Positions 36,259-47,020 are shown, counted from the stretch's first letter. The stretch: DNA of 64,000 bases from an uncultured Gammaproteobacteria bacterium (GCA_964610305.1 CAZSVL010000001.1:6083-70082); one strand, 5' to 3'. Notes: a model not told the origin generated them from the sequence alone. Translations and numbers: made by a program.

Positions 36259-38070
36259 CTAGTTGAGTTTAATGTCATCTACGCAGACCATGCCGTCATA
36301 GGGGTGCGCAAGTTTGATTTCAAACCCCCACATTCGCACAGGAGTTTCAGGGGGTCCTCCATCCCAGTGCAGTTCTTCACGTAGAAGCTCGCCTTCAAAT
36401 ACACGCATTCTTGGTGTTAGGTGAGAAAACGTGGTTTTTTTCTTTACCACATCCTTAGCTGATAGCTGCGCAAAGATCGTTCCGCCATAGACGGTTGCAC
36501 CATCATAGTCAACAATGGTGTTGTATCCCGTGATTTGCTTGCGATAATACGTGTTCATGATCCGCCCGTCTATGCACTTATCAATAAACGGGAAGATATC
36601 TCCTACATAGTCCCACCCATCGCAGTCTTCTTCTTTTTCATAAGGCACTGCTTCTCTCACGGCCCGTTGGTGGGTTCTCCTTGGCTCCCTTTTTTTTGCT
36701 AACCCTGCAGCTCGCAAACTGGCAGTAATGGTTTTCCATCCGGCAGAGAGCTTTTTTGGTTTTTGGGGTTTATCAACCCTTCTTTGTGTTTGAGCCCAAG
36801 AAAGGGGAGGTCTGTTACCTTCAATAACATTGTGATTAAGGACAACTCTGTTAGAGCTGGCTCCTGATGCCGCGTAAATTTTGTTATTGTGACTCACTGA
36901 AATGCGTACGTCTCTACCAAATACCGCAAACGAGAGCACGCGCATTCTTTGTTTCCACGTTAACTCCGTTTTTATGGGAATACGAATTGTTCCCTGTCTA
37001 TACACGCAGGCGCAGTGATTTCCGTCATAGCATTGAGTATTTTCTGGTAGCGCATCAAGCTTCCATCCGCCGGACATTTTTAGAACACCTTCACTGCCAC
37101 CTTCAAAATTGTGATGCAAAGGTAGCGCGGGTTTGAGATGATCTATCTTTGTAGGCGCTTGATGAGCTGCTTTAAGTTGAGCTGGCGCTGTCTTTATCGG
37201 TGTCTTCTTAGTTTCTGGCTCTCTTTCTTGTGGGGGAAGTGTAACTTTGCGCACCAGCGCTCTGGTTGCACTCTCACACGGCTGTCCTGTCTCAGGATTT
37301 CTAATGGGAATGCGGCTGTAACGGTATCCGCCATCTACCATCTCACAAAACCATACCGTTGCCTCGCCTGTATTGAGGTTAAAGAAAACCTCTGGTTTTT
37401 CGGCATAGTAAATAGGCGGCTTATTTTCTTTTGCATCGTTCAAATACTGAGCAACTTCTGGAATCATGTAGTGGCACTTTGCTCCAGTAGTGCGCTCAAC
37501 AGCGCCAGGAGAACCGCACCGTTTTACCTTGCCGTTATCCAGTAGCGCATAGCCAGATTTGGTTTTTCCATCAAGAGAGAAGGTAAGCTCATCCTCAATG
37601 AGATAGCGTGCAAGGGAAAAGCTAGCTACAGCGGCAAACCAAATGGCAAGGCCTACATTGCGCTTCCATTCTTGCGAGGAAAGTGAGAATTTAATGGCCA
37701 GTGCTGCCGGCAAAGCTGCTATGGCAGCAATGAAGGTAGCCAGGTTAAATGCAAGACCAAGCTCTGAGACAAGCTTGTCTCTAACGTAATCAAACGCATA
37801 AAATGCGTAAATAGTAGTTGAGGTGGCACTAAATCCCACGGTGAGTGTAATGAGGCCACCAATGACTAGCCATCTGGTAATAGTGCGCCGTTTAAATCTT
37901 TTTGCCAGCAGTTCAGAATCGACAGCGTCCTGCGCGTCTGTTTTTTCTTCAAAGATGTCAGCACGCTCTTGTAGTGTTGTCCAGATACCATAGCAAATAA
38001 GCAGCACAATAATAGCGGTAATAACCATGCTCATCTCCTTGTTGTCAAGGTTCAGATCCATTATGGACAT
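36259..38070 (-). CDS. Orphan membrane protein with a Cys-containing soluble region
   Basis: 603-aa ORF, 4 N-terminal TM helices; probable start 38034 (SD AAGGAG). Confidence 0.75.
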   Translation of the reverse strand: MSIMDLNLDNKEMSMVITAIIVLLICYGIWTTLQERADIFEEKTDAQDAVDSELLAKRFKRRTITRWLVIGGLITLTVGFSATSTTIYAFYAFDYVRDKLVSELGLAFNLATFIAAIAALPAALAIKFSLSSQEWKRNVGLAIWFAAVASFSLARYLIEDELTFSLDGKTKSGYALLDNGKVKRCGSPGAVERTTGAKCHYMIPEVAQYLNDAKENKPPIYYAEKPEVFFNLNTGEATVWFCEMVDGGYRYSRIPIRNPETGQPCESATRALVRKVTLPPQEREPETKKTPIKTAPAQLKAAHQAPTKIDHLKPALPLHHNFEGGSEGVLKMSGGWKLDALPENTQCYDGNHCACVYRQGTIRIPIKTELTWKQRMRVLSFAVFGRDVRISVSHNNKIYAASGASSNRVVLNHNVIEGNRPPLSWAQTQRRVDKPQKPKKLSAGWKTITASLRAAGLAKKREPRRTHQRAVREAVPYEKEEDCDGWDYVGDIFPFIDKCIDGRIMNTYYRKQITGYNTIVDYDGATVYGGTIFAQLSAKDVVKKKTTFSHLTPRMRVFEGELLREELHWDGGPPETPVRMWGFEIKLAHPYDGMVCVDDIKLN

Positions 38071-38131
38071 GTCTTGCTAAGCGTGTCAAGGGTTGGGGGA
38101 TAAAAAAATCGCCCGGTCAGGGGCGAGTTGC

Positions 38132-38797
38132 TTAATGCAGATCTGCCAGCAAAAGCGCAATGGCTGCTCTTGTTACCTGGTCTGGCGTAAGCTTTACGGC
38201 AGATTGCCACTTGAAAAATCCTAGCGCGCCTTCTGCATTGGGATTTTTTATGTGGTTGTCTCCCAGTCTTTTATAGGGCACTCTTCCTTGGTAATCGTAG
38301 TTGTAGTGCAGGAATCGTGCGGGGATCTCCATGGCGTAGACGGGTCTTCCTGCGCATCGGTCTGGCTCTGCTTGGCTCCATAGCCTATCCATTACCGAAG
38401 GAGCTCCAGAAAGCAGCCTTGCTTCCCGCATGTCTAGGCCAGATTCTTCAAAGGCCTCGCGCGCCTGCGCTACTTGCGGCTGCTCTCCTTCATCTATCAT
38501 GCCGCCCATGGCGTTCCAGATTGGCTTATCGCTTAGGTTGGGTCTGGTTTCTCGCACTAGGCCAACCAGTAGATTTCCGTCTTTGTCAATACAGTAAGGT
38601 AGTGTGGAAACGCCACCTTTGCCGCCCTCGCGGAAAATAATACTGTCATATCCTTCCGGCCTCAGACCGTAGATAATTTCTGCAAACCGAGAGGTAATAC
38701 GAACCATGCTGCATTTTACTGGCGCAAGCTTTCCGTCTAAATAAATTTTCCAATCTTGTTTGTGATCTTCTGGTACAGGAACGATTTTAAAGGTCAT
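38132..38797 (-). CDS. NUDIX hydrolase
   Basis: Nudix box GMIDEGEQPQVAQAREAFEESGL; SD AGGAGG. Confidence 0.85.
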   Translation of the reverse strand: MTFKIVPVPEDHKQDWKIYLDGKLAPVKCSMVRITSRFAEIIYGLRPEGYDSIIFREGGKGGVSTLPYCIDKDGNLLVGLVRETRPNLSDKPIWNAMGGMIDEGEQPQVAQAREAFEESGLDMREARLLSGAPSVMDRLWSQAEPDRCAGRPVYAMEIPARFLHYNYDYQGRVPYKRLGDNHIKNPNAEGALGFFKWQSAVKLTPDQVTRAAIALLLADLH

Positions 38798-38891
38798 TGC
38801 ACCTCCTTTTTGTTTATACACGTTTACCACAATACTGATTTTTTTTCAAGAAAAAACCGCCGAGATCGCATTGATCTGGGCGGGGTTGTTG

Positions 38892-39557
38892 TTAGGCGGC
38901 CGTGACCATCTCCAGGTACTCATCCGCCTGCTGGCGGAGGATCCGGTGAACTGACGCCGTGCCCTCATACGAGACGGGGTTGTCTCCGTTGATGAACACT
39001 TCGCCCGTCAGGGGGTCAATCATCACGCTGTGAAACGGATGATCATCTGCCTTGAAGGTAAACGTCATCTGACCGGGCAGAAAGTCGTTCTCGTAGTCCA
39101 CGTCGGCGCTCAGCGAAATGCCCCAGTCCTCACGCAGCTTGTCAGGCAAGTAGTCGCCAAACTGCATCATGCTGTCCATCAGGGCGAGCGCCTGTCCGCG
39201 CAAAAGGGCAGCCTGAGCGCGCCTGCTAGGCAGGGGCTTGGCATGCAGCTTGAGGTCCTCGTGAAGATCCAGCGGCTCCACCCGCTCAAGGTGGCGTCCA
39301 ATAAAGCTCATGTCCCTGCGACAATCCGGATTCTTGAGCTCAACGCGGATAGTACGCTCCGGGCATGCCTGCCAGTTAAGCATCTCTGCAGCCTTTTCAG
39401 CCATGGGCAGATCCTGCTCATGGATCGTGATGTGATGGAAATAGTGAGTAGTCAGCAAATGCTTAACTCCTGTGATTCCATCTTCCCTGAAAACCAGAGC
39501 CGCTTTGAACACCTTTGGAAGGCGGCTCAGAAGAATGCTTACCGTGACTGTGTCCAC
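38892..39557 (-). CDS. Orphan hypothetical protein with GC-richer codon usage
   Basis: SD AGGAGG before GTG 39557; TTGACA-17-TATACT promoter. Confidence 0.7.
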   Translation of the reverse strand: MDTVTVSILLSRLPKVFKAALVFREDGITGVKHLLTTHYFHHITIHEQDLPMAEKAAEMLNWQACPERTIRVELKNPDCRRDMSFIGRHLERVEPLDLHEDLKLHAKPLPSRRAQAALLRGQALALMDSMMQFGDYLPDKLREDWGISLSADVDYENDFLPGQMTFTFKADDHPFHSVMIDPLTGEVFINGDNPVSYEGTASVHRILRQQADEYLEMVTAA

Positions 39558-39713
39558 GTGTGCCTCCTGTGAAATTGTATAAGGTCCGATACACAAGTAT
39601 AGCACATTTCAGCACTTTTGTCAAGAGGTAAACGTCTTTTTTTGGCTTAAATTAGCCAAGTTTTTGATCACTCTTTGACCTCGCCAGCGGGGTGTGAAAC
39701 AATACCCATACTC

Positions 39714-41507
39714 ATGCAAGAATTACTTAAAAAACACTTTGGTTTTGATGATTTTCGGCCGCTCCAGAGAGACGTTATTGATGCGGTGATGGAGGAGAAG
39801 GATTGTCTTGTTTTAATGCCCACTGGCGGCGGCAAGTCTTTGTGTTATCAGTTACCTTCTTTGGCACTGCCGGGAGTAACGCTGGTGATATCTCCTTTGG
39901 TGGCGCTGATGAAGGATCAGGTTGATGCGCTTGTGCAGCTGGGGATTCGCGCAGCGTGCATAAATAGTACCATGACCGCAGCGCAGAGCAGGGCGGTTCA
40001 TGCTAGGGCAGAGGCGGGGGAGCTAGATTTGCTCTATTGCGCGCCAGAGCGGCTTGCTAGTGGATGGTTTCAAGGGTTTGTGTCCCGGCTCAATGTCAAT
40101 TTAATTGCCATAGATGAGGCTCATTGTATCTCTCAATGGGGACATGAGTTTAGGCCGGAGTATCGCAATTTAAGAATTCTGCGTCAGCTGTTGCCGCAGG
40201 TTTCTGTTATTGCGCTCACGGCAACTGCCACACCTCAGGTTCAAAAAGATATTCAAGCGCAACTCATTCTCAGGGATCCTGAGATTTTTATTTCTAGCTT
40301 TAATCGTGAAAACTTGCGTTATTTGGTGCAGCCTAAAAGGGATAGTTTTGCCAGACTGCTCACGGTTTTGGATCAACATAAAGGAGAGAGTGTTATAATT
40401 TATTGTTTTTCAAGAAAAGATACAGAAAAGCTAGCAAAAAAACTTCAGGAGCAGCTTATAGATGCGCGGGCTTATCACGCGGGGCTGCCAGCAAAAGAGC
40501 GCACGTCCGTTCAAGAGCTTTTCATAAAGGATCAGATACCTATTATTGTGGCTACTATTGCTTTTGGTATGGGAATAGATAAGCCAGATATCAGGCTTGT
40601 GGTGCATTTTAATCTGCCCAAAACCGTAGAGGGTTATTATCAGGAGACCGGGCGTGCTGGGCGTGATGGATTGCCGGCAGATTGCGTTTTGTTTTATTCA
40701 TATGGCGACAGAAGCAAACACGAGTTTTTTATAAATCAACTAGAAGATGAGAGAGAGCGGCTTAAGGCAAAGCAAAAACTGCAGGATGTTGTAAGGCTTT
40801 GCGAGACCACCACCTGCCGCCGCGCATATGTGCTTGAATATTTTGGAGAAGAGGTTGATTACAGCAATTGCAAGTTGTGCGATACCTGTTTGTGGCCAAA
40901 AAAGGAGTTTGACGCAACGGTAGTAACACAAAAAATTCTCTCAACTATCTTAAGAACCGGCGAGCGTTTTGGAGCGGCGCACATTGTTCGTGTGTTGGCC
41001 GGTTCAAGCGACAAAAAAGTCTTAGAGATGGGTCATGATAAATTATCTGTTTATGGAATAGAAAAAGACTACTCAAGAAAACAGCTGCAGGAGATCTTCA
41101 GAATGATTGTAGATAAAGATCTTATTGAAAGGGCGAGTTTAGAATTTCCTACCTGGAGGGTGAGCAATCAGGGAAGACAATGGCTTAATGACAGAGAAAA
41201 ACTCATGCTTTCTGAGCCGCAGCTGGATACGCATGTAAAGGCGCGGGAGAAAATTGAGGATAGCAATTATGACAGAGGATTATTCTCTGAGCTCAGAGCC
41301 CTCAGAAAGCAAATAGCAGATGAACAACAAGTACCACCTTTTGTAGTGTTTGGGGATAAATCCTTGCAGCACATGGCAGAGGCTCTGCCCAAGACGCTCA
41401 ATGAATTCTCGCTGATTTTTGGCGTGGGAGAGCACAAGCAAAAAAGATACGGCCCTGCTTTTACCAAAGCCATAGAAAAGTATTGCGCGCTTAATAATTT
41501 GGCTTAG
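39714..41507 (+). CDS. recQ: ATP-dependent DNA helicase RecQ
   Basis: MPTGGGKSLCYQ, DEAHCISQWGHEFRP, YYQETGRAGRDG, RQC and HRDC domains. Confidence 0.97.
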   Translation: MQELLKKHFGFDDFRPLQRDVIDAVMEEKDCLVLMPTGGGKSLCYQLPSLALPGVTLVISPLVALMKDQVDALVQLGIRAACINSTMTAAQSRAVHARAEAGELDLLYCAPERLASGWFQGFVSRLNVNLIAIDEAHCISQWGHEFRPEYRNLRILRQLLPQVSVIALTATATPQVQKDIQAQLILRDPEIFISSFNRENLRYLVQPKRDSFARLLTVLDQHKGESVIIYCFSRKDTEKLAKKLQEQLIDARAYHAGLPAKERTSVQELFIKDQIPIIVATIAFGMGIDKPDIRLVVHFNLPKTVEGYYQETGRAGRDGLPADCVLFYSYGDRSKHEFFINQLEDERERLKAKQKLQDVVRLCETTTCRRAYVLEYFGEEVDYSNCKLCDTCLWPKKEFDATVVTQKILSTILRTGERFGAAHIVRVLAGSSDKKVLEMGHDKLSVYGIEKDYSRKQLQEIFRMIVDKDLIERASLEFPTWRVSNQGRQWLNDREKLMLSEPQLDTHVKAREKIEDSNYDRGLFSELRALRKQIADEQQVPPFVVFGDKSLQHMAEALPKTLNEFSLIFGVGEHKQKRYGPAFTKAIEKYCALNNLA

Positions 41508-41543
41508 TTGTGGTATAATAACGGCACGCTCAAAGGGTGCGAC

Positions 41544-41584
41544 TGTCATCCCGGAATTTTGCGAAGCAAAATATCCGGGATCTC
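41544..41584 (+). repeat. REP-like palindrome
   Basis: TGTCATCCCGGAATTTTGCGAAGCAAAATATCCGGGATCTC. Confidence 0.85.
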
Positions 41585-41634
41585 CCAGAAAATAAAAAAT
41601 CAATTTTATCTTCAAAAAGAAAGGAGGTGCAAAA

Positions 41635-41841
41635 ATGAAAAATCTACACATGCTCACTTGGCTGTTGGTAGTAATTGGTGCGCTCAACTGGGGAGTTTAC
41701 GCTCTGTTTGGTTGGGAAGTAGGCCAGCTGTTTGGTGGAATGGACGCAACGGCGTCTAAGGTAATTTATATATTGGTAGGTGCGTCTGCGGTACTGGAGC
41801 TCATGGGACACAAAAAAGGCTGCAAAGCGTGCTCAAAATAA
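41635..41841 (+). CDS. DUF378 family membrane protein
   Basis: LVVIGALNWG, IYILVGASAV. Confidence 0.9.
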   Translation: MKNLHMLTWLLVVIGALNWGVYALFGWEVGQLFGGMDATASKVIYILVGASAVLELMGHKKGCKACSK

Positions 41842-41908
41842 GGTTATTTGCAAAATCGGCCGCCAGCCGATTTTGTTTTTTACATATGATCAGGTAAACT
41901 ACAGCTCT

Positions 41909-42775
41909 ATGCCCGATAAATACACCGCTACGTGGACATCTCACAGTTCTATTTCTGATTTTTTGCAGTGCCCTAGAGCTTATTATTTAAAAAATGTTTA
42001 TAGGGATCCTAAGGCTAATGTGAAAGTAAAGCTGATGACTCCTGCCTTGGCACTGGGGAGTGCCGTGCATGAAGCACTGGAGAGCTTGTCTGTGGTAAAA
42101 ACTGAGGATCGTTTTAAAATTCCTTTGCAAGAGCGTTTTGAGATGGCGTGGAAGAAAGTGAGTGGGAAAAAGGGTGGTTTTTTTGATGATCAGACGGAGA
42201 ATCAGTTTAAGAATCGCGGGCGCGAGATGATTAGGCGCGCAAATGAGCACCGCGGCCCGTTAGAGCGTCTGGCAGTAAAGATAAAAAAGGACCTCCCATA
42301 TTTTTGGCTATCAGAAGAAGAGAATATTATTTTGTGCGGCAGAATTGACTGGCTTGAATATTTAAAAGAGAGCGACAGCGTAAACATCATTGATTTTAAA
42401 ACCGGGAAAAATAAGGAAAAGCAGGGATCTTTGCAGCTTCCTATTTATTTGCTTTTGGTAAAGAATTGCCAGGGCAGAAAAGTGAGCAAGGCAAGCTATT
42501 GGTATCTTGCTACCGATGACGCGCCAGTAGAGCAGCCTTTGCCAGATGAAAAGGAGGCGTTTGAAAAAGTGCTAGAGGTGGCGCGGAAAATAAAATTGGC
42601 ACGGCAACTGAAAAAATTTGATTGCCCACGCGGTTCTGAGGGATGCTTTGCTTGTGCTGACATGGAGGCCGTCATTGCCGGAAAGGCAGAGCTGGTTGGA
42701 GAAGATGATTTTGGCGCTCAGGTATATGTTTTGGCAAGTAAGCCAGAAGAAAAAGAAGAAAGCGTTATTTTATAG
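41909..42775 (+). CDS. PD-(D/E)XK nuclease family protein
   Basis: SHSS...QCPRAY, GSAVHEALE, GRIDW, IIDFKTG, QLPIY. Confidence 0.88.
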   Translation: MPDKYTATWTSHSSISDFLQCPRAYYLKNVYRDPKANVKVKLMTPALALGSAVHEALESLSVVKTEDRFKIPLQERFEMAWKKVSGKKGGFFDDQTENQFKNRGREMIRRANEHRGPLERLAVKIKKDLPYFWLSEEENIILCGRIDWLEYLKESDSVNIIDFKTGKNKEKQGSLQLPIYLLLVKNCQGRKVSKASYWYLATDDAPVEQPLPDEKEAFEKVLEVARKIKLARQLKKFDCPRGSEGCFACADMEAVIAGKAELVGEDDFGAQVYVLASKPEEKEESVIL

Positions 42776-44902
42776 TCCGGGTGTTATCCAGCCCTGAGTA
42801 GAGCTGGCGTGTTGCCAGGCAAAAATATTTATAGCCCCGCCATCTATGGTTGTCCACCAGTCGGCGGTTTTTTTAGCTTCTAGGGCAAGGCGATAATCGC
42901 GCCACCAATAGTTGTTAAGCACTAGGTACACGCGGTCTAGATCTGCCCGCTCTATCACTTCATCTGCAATAACATCGCTAGGCGTCTCATCTACCATTTG
43001 CAGAAAATATTCGTAGAGCGGCCCTCCGGTGGGTATCGGGTAAAAATAGGCCGGGCTGCCTTTTATAGTTATCTCTCTTTTGAAGCCAATCTGAGAGAGT
43101 GCTGCGGCGCTTACGGATTGGTTGGCAAGGACGGCATAGTTATTGTTTGCTTTGGCATTTTGTCCCTCAATAAATTCTACGGCTGTCAAATCTGATAGTC
43201 CCGTGCTATAGCCTCTGTGGTTGACCATTTTATCTACTCGCGGAAAGAGCAAATAAGCGTTTACTATTGATCCGCCGACAAAAGCAGCTATAAGTAATCC
43301 GTGAGTATATTTTGTATGATTTTCTGATACGTGTTTTAGGAAACTCAGGCCGCCAAACCAGAAAAAGGGAAGGGCTGTGATGCCGGCAAGCCAGAGCGTG
43401 CGCAGCGCGTAATCAGACTGCTCATATGAGATGACAAGCGGCTGCTGATTAAATAAATATAAGAGGGAGGCGCTGATAAACAGGGTGATAAGTGTGCTTA
43501 CATAAGGCGCAAAAAGGGCTCTTTTTCTTAGTTCTTTAACGCCGTATGCCGTTAGCAGGGCTGCAAAAATAAGGATGATAATTCTGGCAGTGTAGGTGGT
43601 ATTGGCAAGGCCATAGAAACTGTTAATGAGAAGGGAAATATCCTCAGGAAAAAGCGTTCTGCTCAAAATACGATCAGTAAAGTCAGATAAAGAGGGGATT
43701 ATGCCGGTGGCGCGCCATTCGTTTGCCAAAAAAAGAGCCGGCAGAAGGGTGGAGGCCGCTGCTATGCTGAGAGCTCGCCATTTTTTTGAGATGCCCAATC
43801 TACTGATTTCTGAGAAGACAATGAGCAGTGCACCAGCCGCTGCCGCCACGGGATGAAGTGTAGCGGTTGCCGCTGTGGTAATAAGCACTACCCACAGCGG
43901 CAGTTGTTTTTTGTGTAGTAGGGGTAGTTGTAAAACGAGGATTAAATAGAGCAAATTGGCAATCCCCTGGGGTGTGGTGGCTACAAACCAGCTGATTATT
44001 GGTAAAAGAAGAAATAGCAGCATTCGGCGCCTCCAGCTTTGCGGGGCTACAGCATAGAGCCAGCCGGGGATAAGGAGCGCGGCAAGGGCGGGAAGGAGGA
44101 TTTTGTCTATTAGATTAATTCCCAGCCCGGTGATATGAGAGAGCGCCACTACAAGCGTGTGTTGACCCAGATACCACAGCGGTTTGGGAGTGATGAGCCC
44201 ATTGTCCAGTATGTGTTGCTCTGTGGCACGGTGGACAAATGGGTCAAATCCGTACCCTACTTTGAAAATAAGAAGTCCCGCGCTTATCACAAGAAGTAGT
44301 AGAGCAGAGAAGGCGAGCGGCTTAATGTCTATGCTTTTTTTCCACGCAAGGATCCAGGCAAGACCAAAAAGTGCAGCCAGACCACCAAAAAATAGCGGCT
44401 GATCAATAAATTTCCATGGGGTTCTTATGGAACCAAGCGTGCCGCTGATGTATAGGTGATACAAAAGGGCGCCGCATATCGCAATAAAAACAAGGCTTAT
44501 ACTATTACTCTTCCAATCTAGAAAAAAAGTTCTTAGGTGTTTTGTGAGCGCCTGTGATTCTGCCTTCCGCTTTAGGATGAGGGTGGCAGCAGTTAAGATG
44601 CTCAGCACCCCAAGACTAACGGTGGCCGTGAGTTTATAGGGTAGATAAACGGCAGTCAGCAGTAGCATCGCACTAGCTAGCGCAATGGTAATGCCGGCGG
44701 AAAATTGCGCTGCAAAACGTTTGGTGGGAATGGCTCGTTTTCCAAGCTGGCTCGCTATTAGGAAAATTAAAAAAAAGAGCACGGTTGAGCGAAAAACAAC
44801 CGGCCATTGTTCCAATTGACCTATCCAACAAAGGGCTAGTAGGCCAAGGGTTGCTATGTTATACTTGAGCACAGAAATAGTCTTATATGGCATCAAAACC
44901 AC
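42770..44902 (-). CDS. Polytopic membrane protein (GT-C-like)
   Basis: About 16 TM helices; GYGFDPFVHRATE, YPIPTGGPLY. Confidence 0.75.
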   Translation of the reverse strand: MVLMPYKTISVLKYNIATLGLLALCWIGQLEQWPVVFRSTVLFFLIFLIASQLGKRAIPTKRFAAQFSAGITIALASAMLLLTAVYLPYKLTATVSLGVLSILTAATLILKRKAESQALTKHLRTFFLDWKSNSISLVFIAICGALLYHLYISGTLGSIRTPWKFIDQPLFFGGLAALFGLAWILAWKKSIDIKPLAFSALLLLVISAGLLIFKVGYGFDPFVHRATEQHILDNGLITPKPLWYLGQHTLVVALSHITGLGINLIDKILLPALAALLIPGWLYAVAPQSWRRRMLLFLLLPIISWFVATTPQGIANLLYLILVLQLPLLHKKQLPLWVVLITTAATATLHPVAAAAGALLIVFSEISRLGISKKWRALSIAAASTLLPALFLANEWRATGIIPSLSDFTDRILSRTLFPEDISLLINSFYGLANTTYTARIIILIFAALLTAYGVKELRKRALFAPYVSTLITLFISASLLYLFNQQPLVISYEQSDYALRTLWLAGITALPFFWFGGLSFLKHVSENHTKYTHGLLIAAFVGGSIVNAYLLFPRVDKMVNHRGYSTGLSDLTAVEFIEGQNAKANNNYAVLANQSVSAAALSQIGFKREITIKGSPAYFYPIPTGGPLYEYFLQMVDETPSDVIADEVIERADLDRVYLVLNNYWWRDYRLALEAKKTADWWTTIDGGAINIFAWQHASSTQGWITPGL

Positions 44903-45462
44903 AAATATTTACGCACGATAAAATTTTTAACGCTCTTATCGTACGCTTTATTCCGCGTCGTGTCCAACCCAATCACGTCACGATCCTCAGAATGGTGCTT
45001 ACTCCCATTATTTTCTTTCTCATTTTGAAAGAGCGATACGATATTGGTGTGCCTCTTTTTTTGTTTGCTGCCCTTACGGACGTGATAGATGGCACCATGG
45101 CACGTGTTCGTAATAAAATTACACAGTGGGGAATAATGATGGATCCGCTTGCTGATAAGTTTTTGATTGGCTCCATTTTAATATTACTTGCTGTTCAGTA
45201 CGTGCATCCATTGCTAGTGTACGCGGTTATCGGCATAGAGGTGGCATTTATAATCTCTGCTGCGATTCATAAATACAGAGGTGGGCAGGCAAAAATGGCC
45301 AATTTGTGGGGGAAGATTAAGATGCTTTTGCAGGTGGTCGCCGTTTTCTTAATTCTTTTAGGATTGCTTATTGATTATCCAAGTCTTATTCATACCGCAA
45401 GCTTTGTGTTTGGGGGCGCATTGGTTTTTGCTATTATGAGTTTGTTTAGTCATGGAGTTTGA
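44887..45462 (+). CDS. CDP-alcohol phosphatidyltransferase (PgsA-like)
   Basis: PNHVT.LR, DVIDGTMAR...WG..MDPLADK, GKIKM. Confidence 0.9.
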   Translation: MASKPQIFTHDKIFNALIVRFIPRRVQPNHVTILRMVLTPIIFFLILKERYDIGVPLFLFAALTDVIDGTMARVRNKITQWGIMMDPLADKFLIGSILILLAVQYVHPLLVYAVIGIEVAFIISAAIHKYRGGQAKMANLWGKIKMLLQVVAVFLILLGLLIDYPSLIHTASFVFGGALVFAIMSLFSHGV

Positions 45463-47020
45463 TTTTACTAATAATAAACGATGGTGGATCGCAGGGGCGG
45501 TCATTTTTTTTCTGTCTACGGTGCTTTTGTATAGCGCAAGCGGATCTGTTTTTAATTCTCCGGATGAGGCTAGCGCTTATACGGTTATAGAGTCTTTTTG
45601 GGAAAATGGTGGGTGGTATAAGTCTGCAGCTCAGGTAAATACGCCTGGCGTGAAAGAGTTAATCTATCCCAGATCTATGTTTGTTTTGGGAGATAAAATT
45701 GTTCTGCGCGGGTTTTGGGGGCTTCCGGTGCTCTATAGTGTTATCAGCTGGCCCTTTACTCAGATTGGCTTGGGGGGCATTGTATTTGCTCTGACACCGT
45801 TGTTTGCTTTGGCCGGGCTTTGGGGTTTGTTTCAGGTTGTGTCGCGGTTTTTTGATCGGCGATATGCGTTTTGGAGCGTGGTACTACTTTCTATTCACCC
45901 AGCTTTTTGGTATTACACTGCCCGTGGCATGTTTCATAATGTGCTGTTGGTATCGCTGCTCTTGATTGGAGCAGGGGTATTGGTAAGATATAAAAAGCCG
46001 TGGGCACTTGCAGTGGCTTGCTGCAGTGTGCTGCTTGCTTTGATGATAAGACCAAGTGAGATTTGGTGGGTGGGAGTCTTGTCTTTGTATTGGCTTTATA
46101 AAAATAAGAAGGACTTGAACACAAAAAGTGTTCGTAATATCGGGGTGATTGCGGTACTCGCGGTTGTTGCGTACTATGGCGTGACTCACACTATTTATGG
46201 AGATTTGGGGGCGCTTACGGCGTATTCAGACGGCGCTGAGAGTTTTGAAAAAGGATCGCTCATGAAATGGCTGCTGCCGTTTGGCTTTCATCCGCGCGTT
46301 ATATGGTGGAGTGTGTCCAATTGGTATATAAAGTTACTTGCGCCGTTTACTTTTCTTGCTATTGTTGGGATGGTTCAGAGTAGGTATGATAAACGGGCTC
46401 GCAGATGGCTGATAATCTACGGGGCAGTAACGGCGTGGCTCTTCATATTCTATGGTAGCTGGAAAATCTTTGATAATCCCAATGAACACATAACTATTGG
46501 GAGTGCTTATTTGCGGTACTGGCTACCCAGCTTTGTTCTGTCAGCTCCATTTATGGCTAAAGCAATTCTAACATTTATTGAATCGTTTAAAACGAGGCGT
46601 ACTCTTGCGGCTGGCGTCGTTCTTTTGATTCTAGGTGGTTTCTCATGCCAACAGGCAGTAATTGGCAACGACGGCGTAATGCAAACGCATCAGGCAACTC
46701 AGGTGGGTCAGGTGATAACAGATGCTCTTCATACTCATGACGGCGGTATAGCAGATAATGCCGTTATTCTCTCTGATCATCAGGATAAGTATTTGTTGCA
46801 AGATTGGCAGGTTATGCAACCAGTAAAAAATGCCGACATTTTATTAGGTGTTCGTGCTCTTATAGAAGAGGGTGTGCCGGTATACATGGTTACTCATAGG
46901 CGGCACATAAATGAGTGGAAGGATCTAAAGGATAATTGGTTTGCTAATGCTGGAATTATGTATACGTACTGGTTTTCCGTAGATGATTTTTATGAGGTAC
47001 ACGCGCTGCGCGCTTTGTGA
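45452..47020 (+). CDS. GT-C (ArnT/PMT-like) membrane glycosyltransferase
   Basis: NSPDE motif after TM1, many TM helices, RYWLP. Confidence 0.75.
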   Translation: MEFDFTNNKRWWIAGAVIFFLSTVLLYSASGSVFNSPDEASAYTVIESFWENGGWYKSAAQVNTPGVKELIYPRSMFVLGDKIVLRGFWGLPVLYSVISWPFTQIGLGGIVFALTPLFALAGLWGLFQVVSRFFDRRYAFWSVVLLSIHPAFWYYTARGMFHNVLLVSLLLIGAGVLVRYKKPWALAVACCSVLLALMIRPSEIWWVGVLSLYWLYKNKKDLNTKSVRNIGVIAVLAVVAYYGVTHTIYGDLGALTAYSDGAESFEKGSLMKWLLPFGFHPRVIWWSVSNWYIKLLAPFTFLAIVGMVQSRYDKRARRWLIIYGAVTAWLFIFYGSWKIFDNPNEHITIGSAYLRYWLPSFVLSAPFMAKAILTFIESFKTRRTLAAGVVLLILGGFSCQQAVIGNDGVMQTHQATQVGQVITDALHTHDGGIADNAVILSDHQDKYLLQDWQVMQPVKNADILLGVRALIEEGVPVYMVTHRRHINEWKDLKDNWFANAGIMYTYWFSVDDFYEVHALRAL

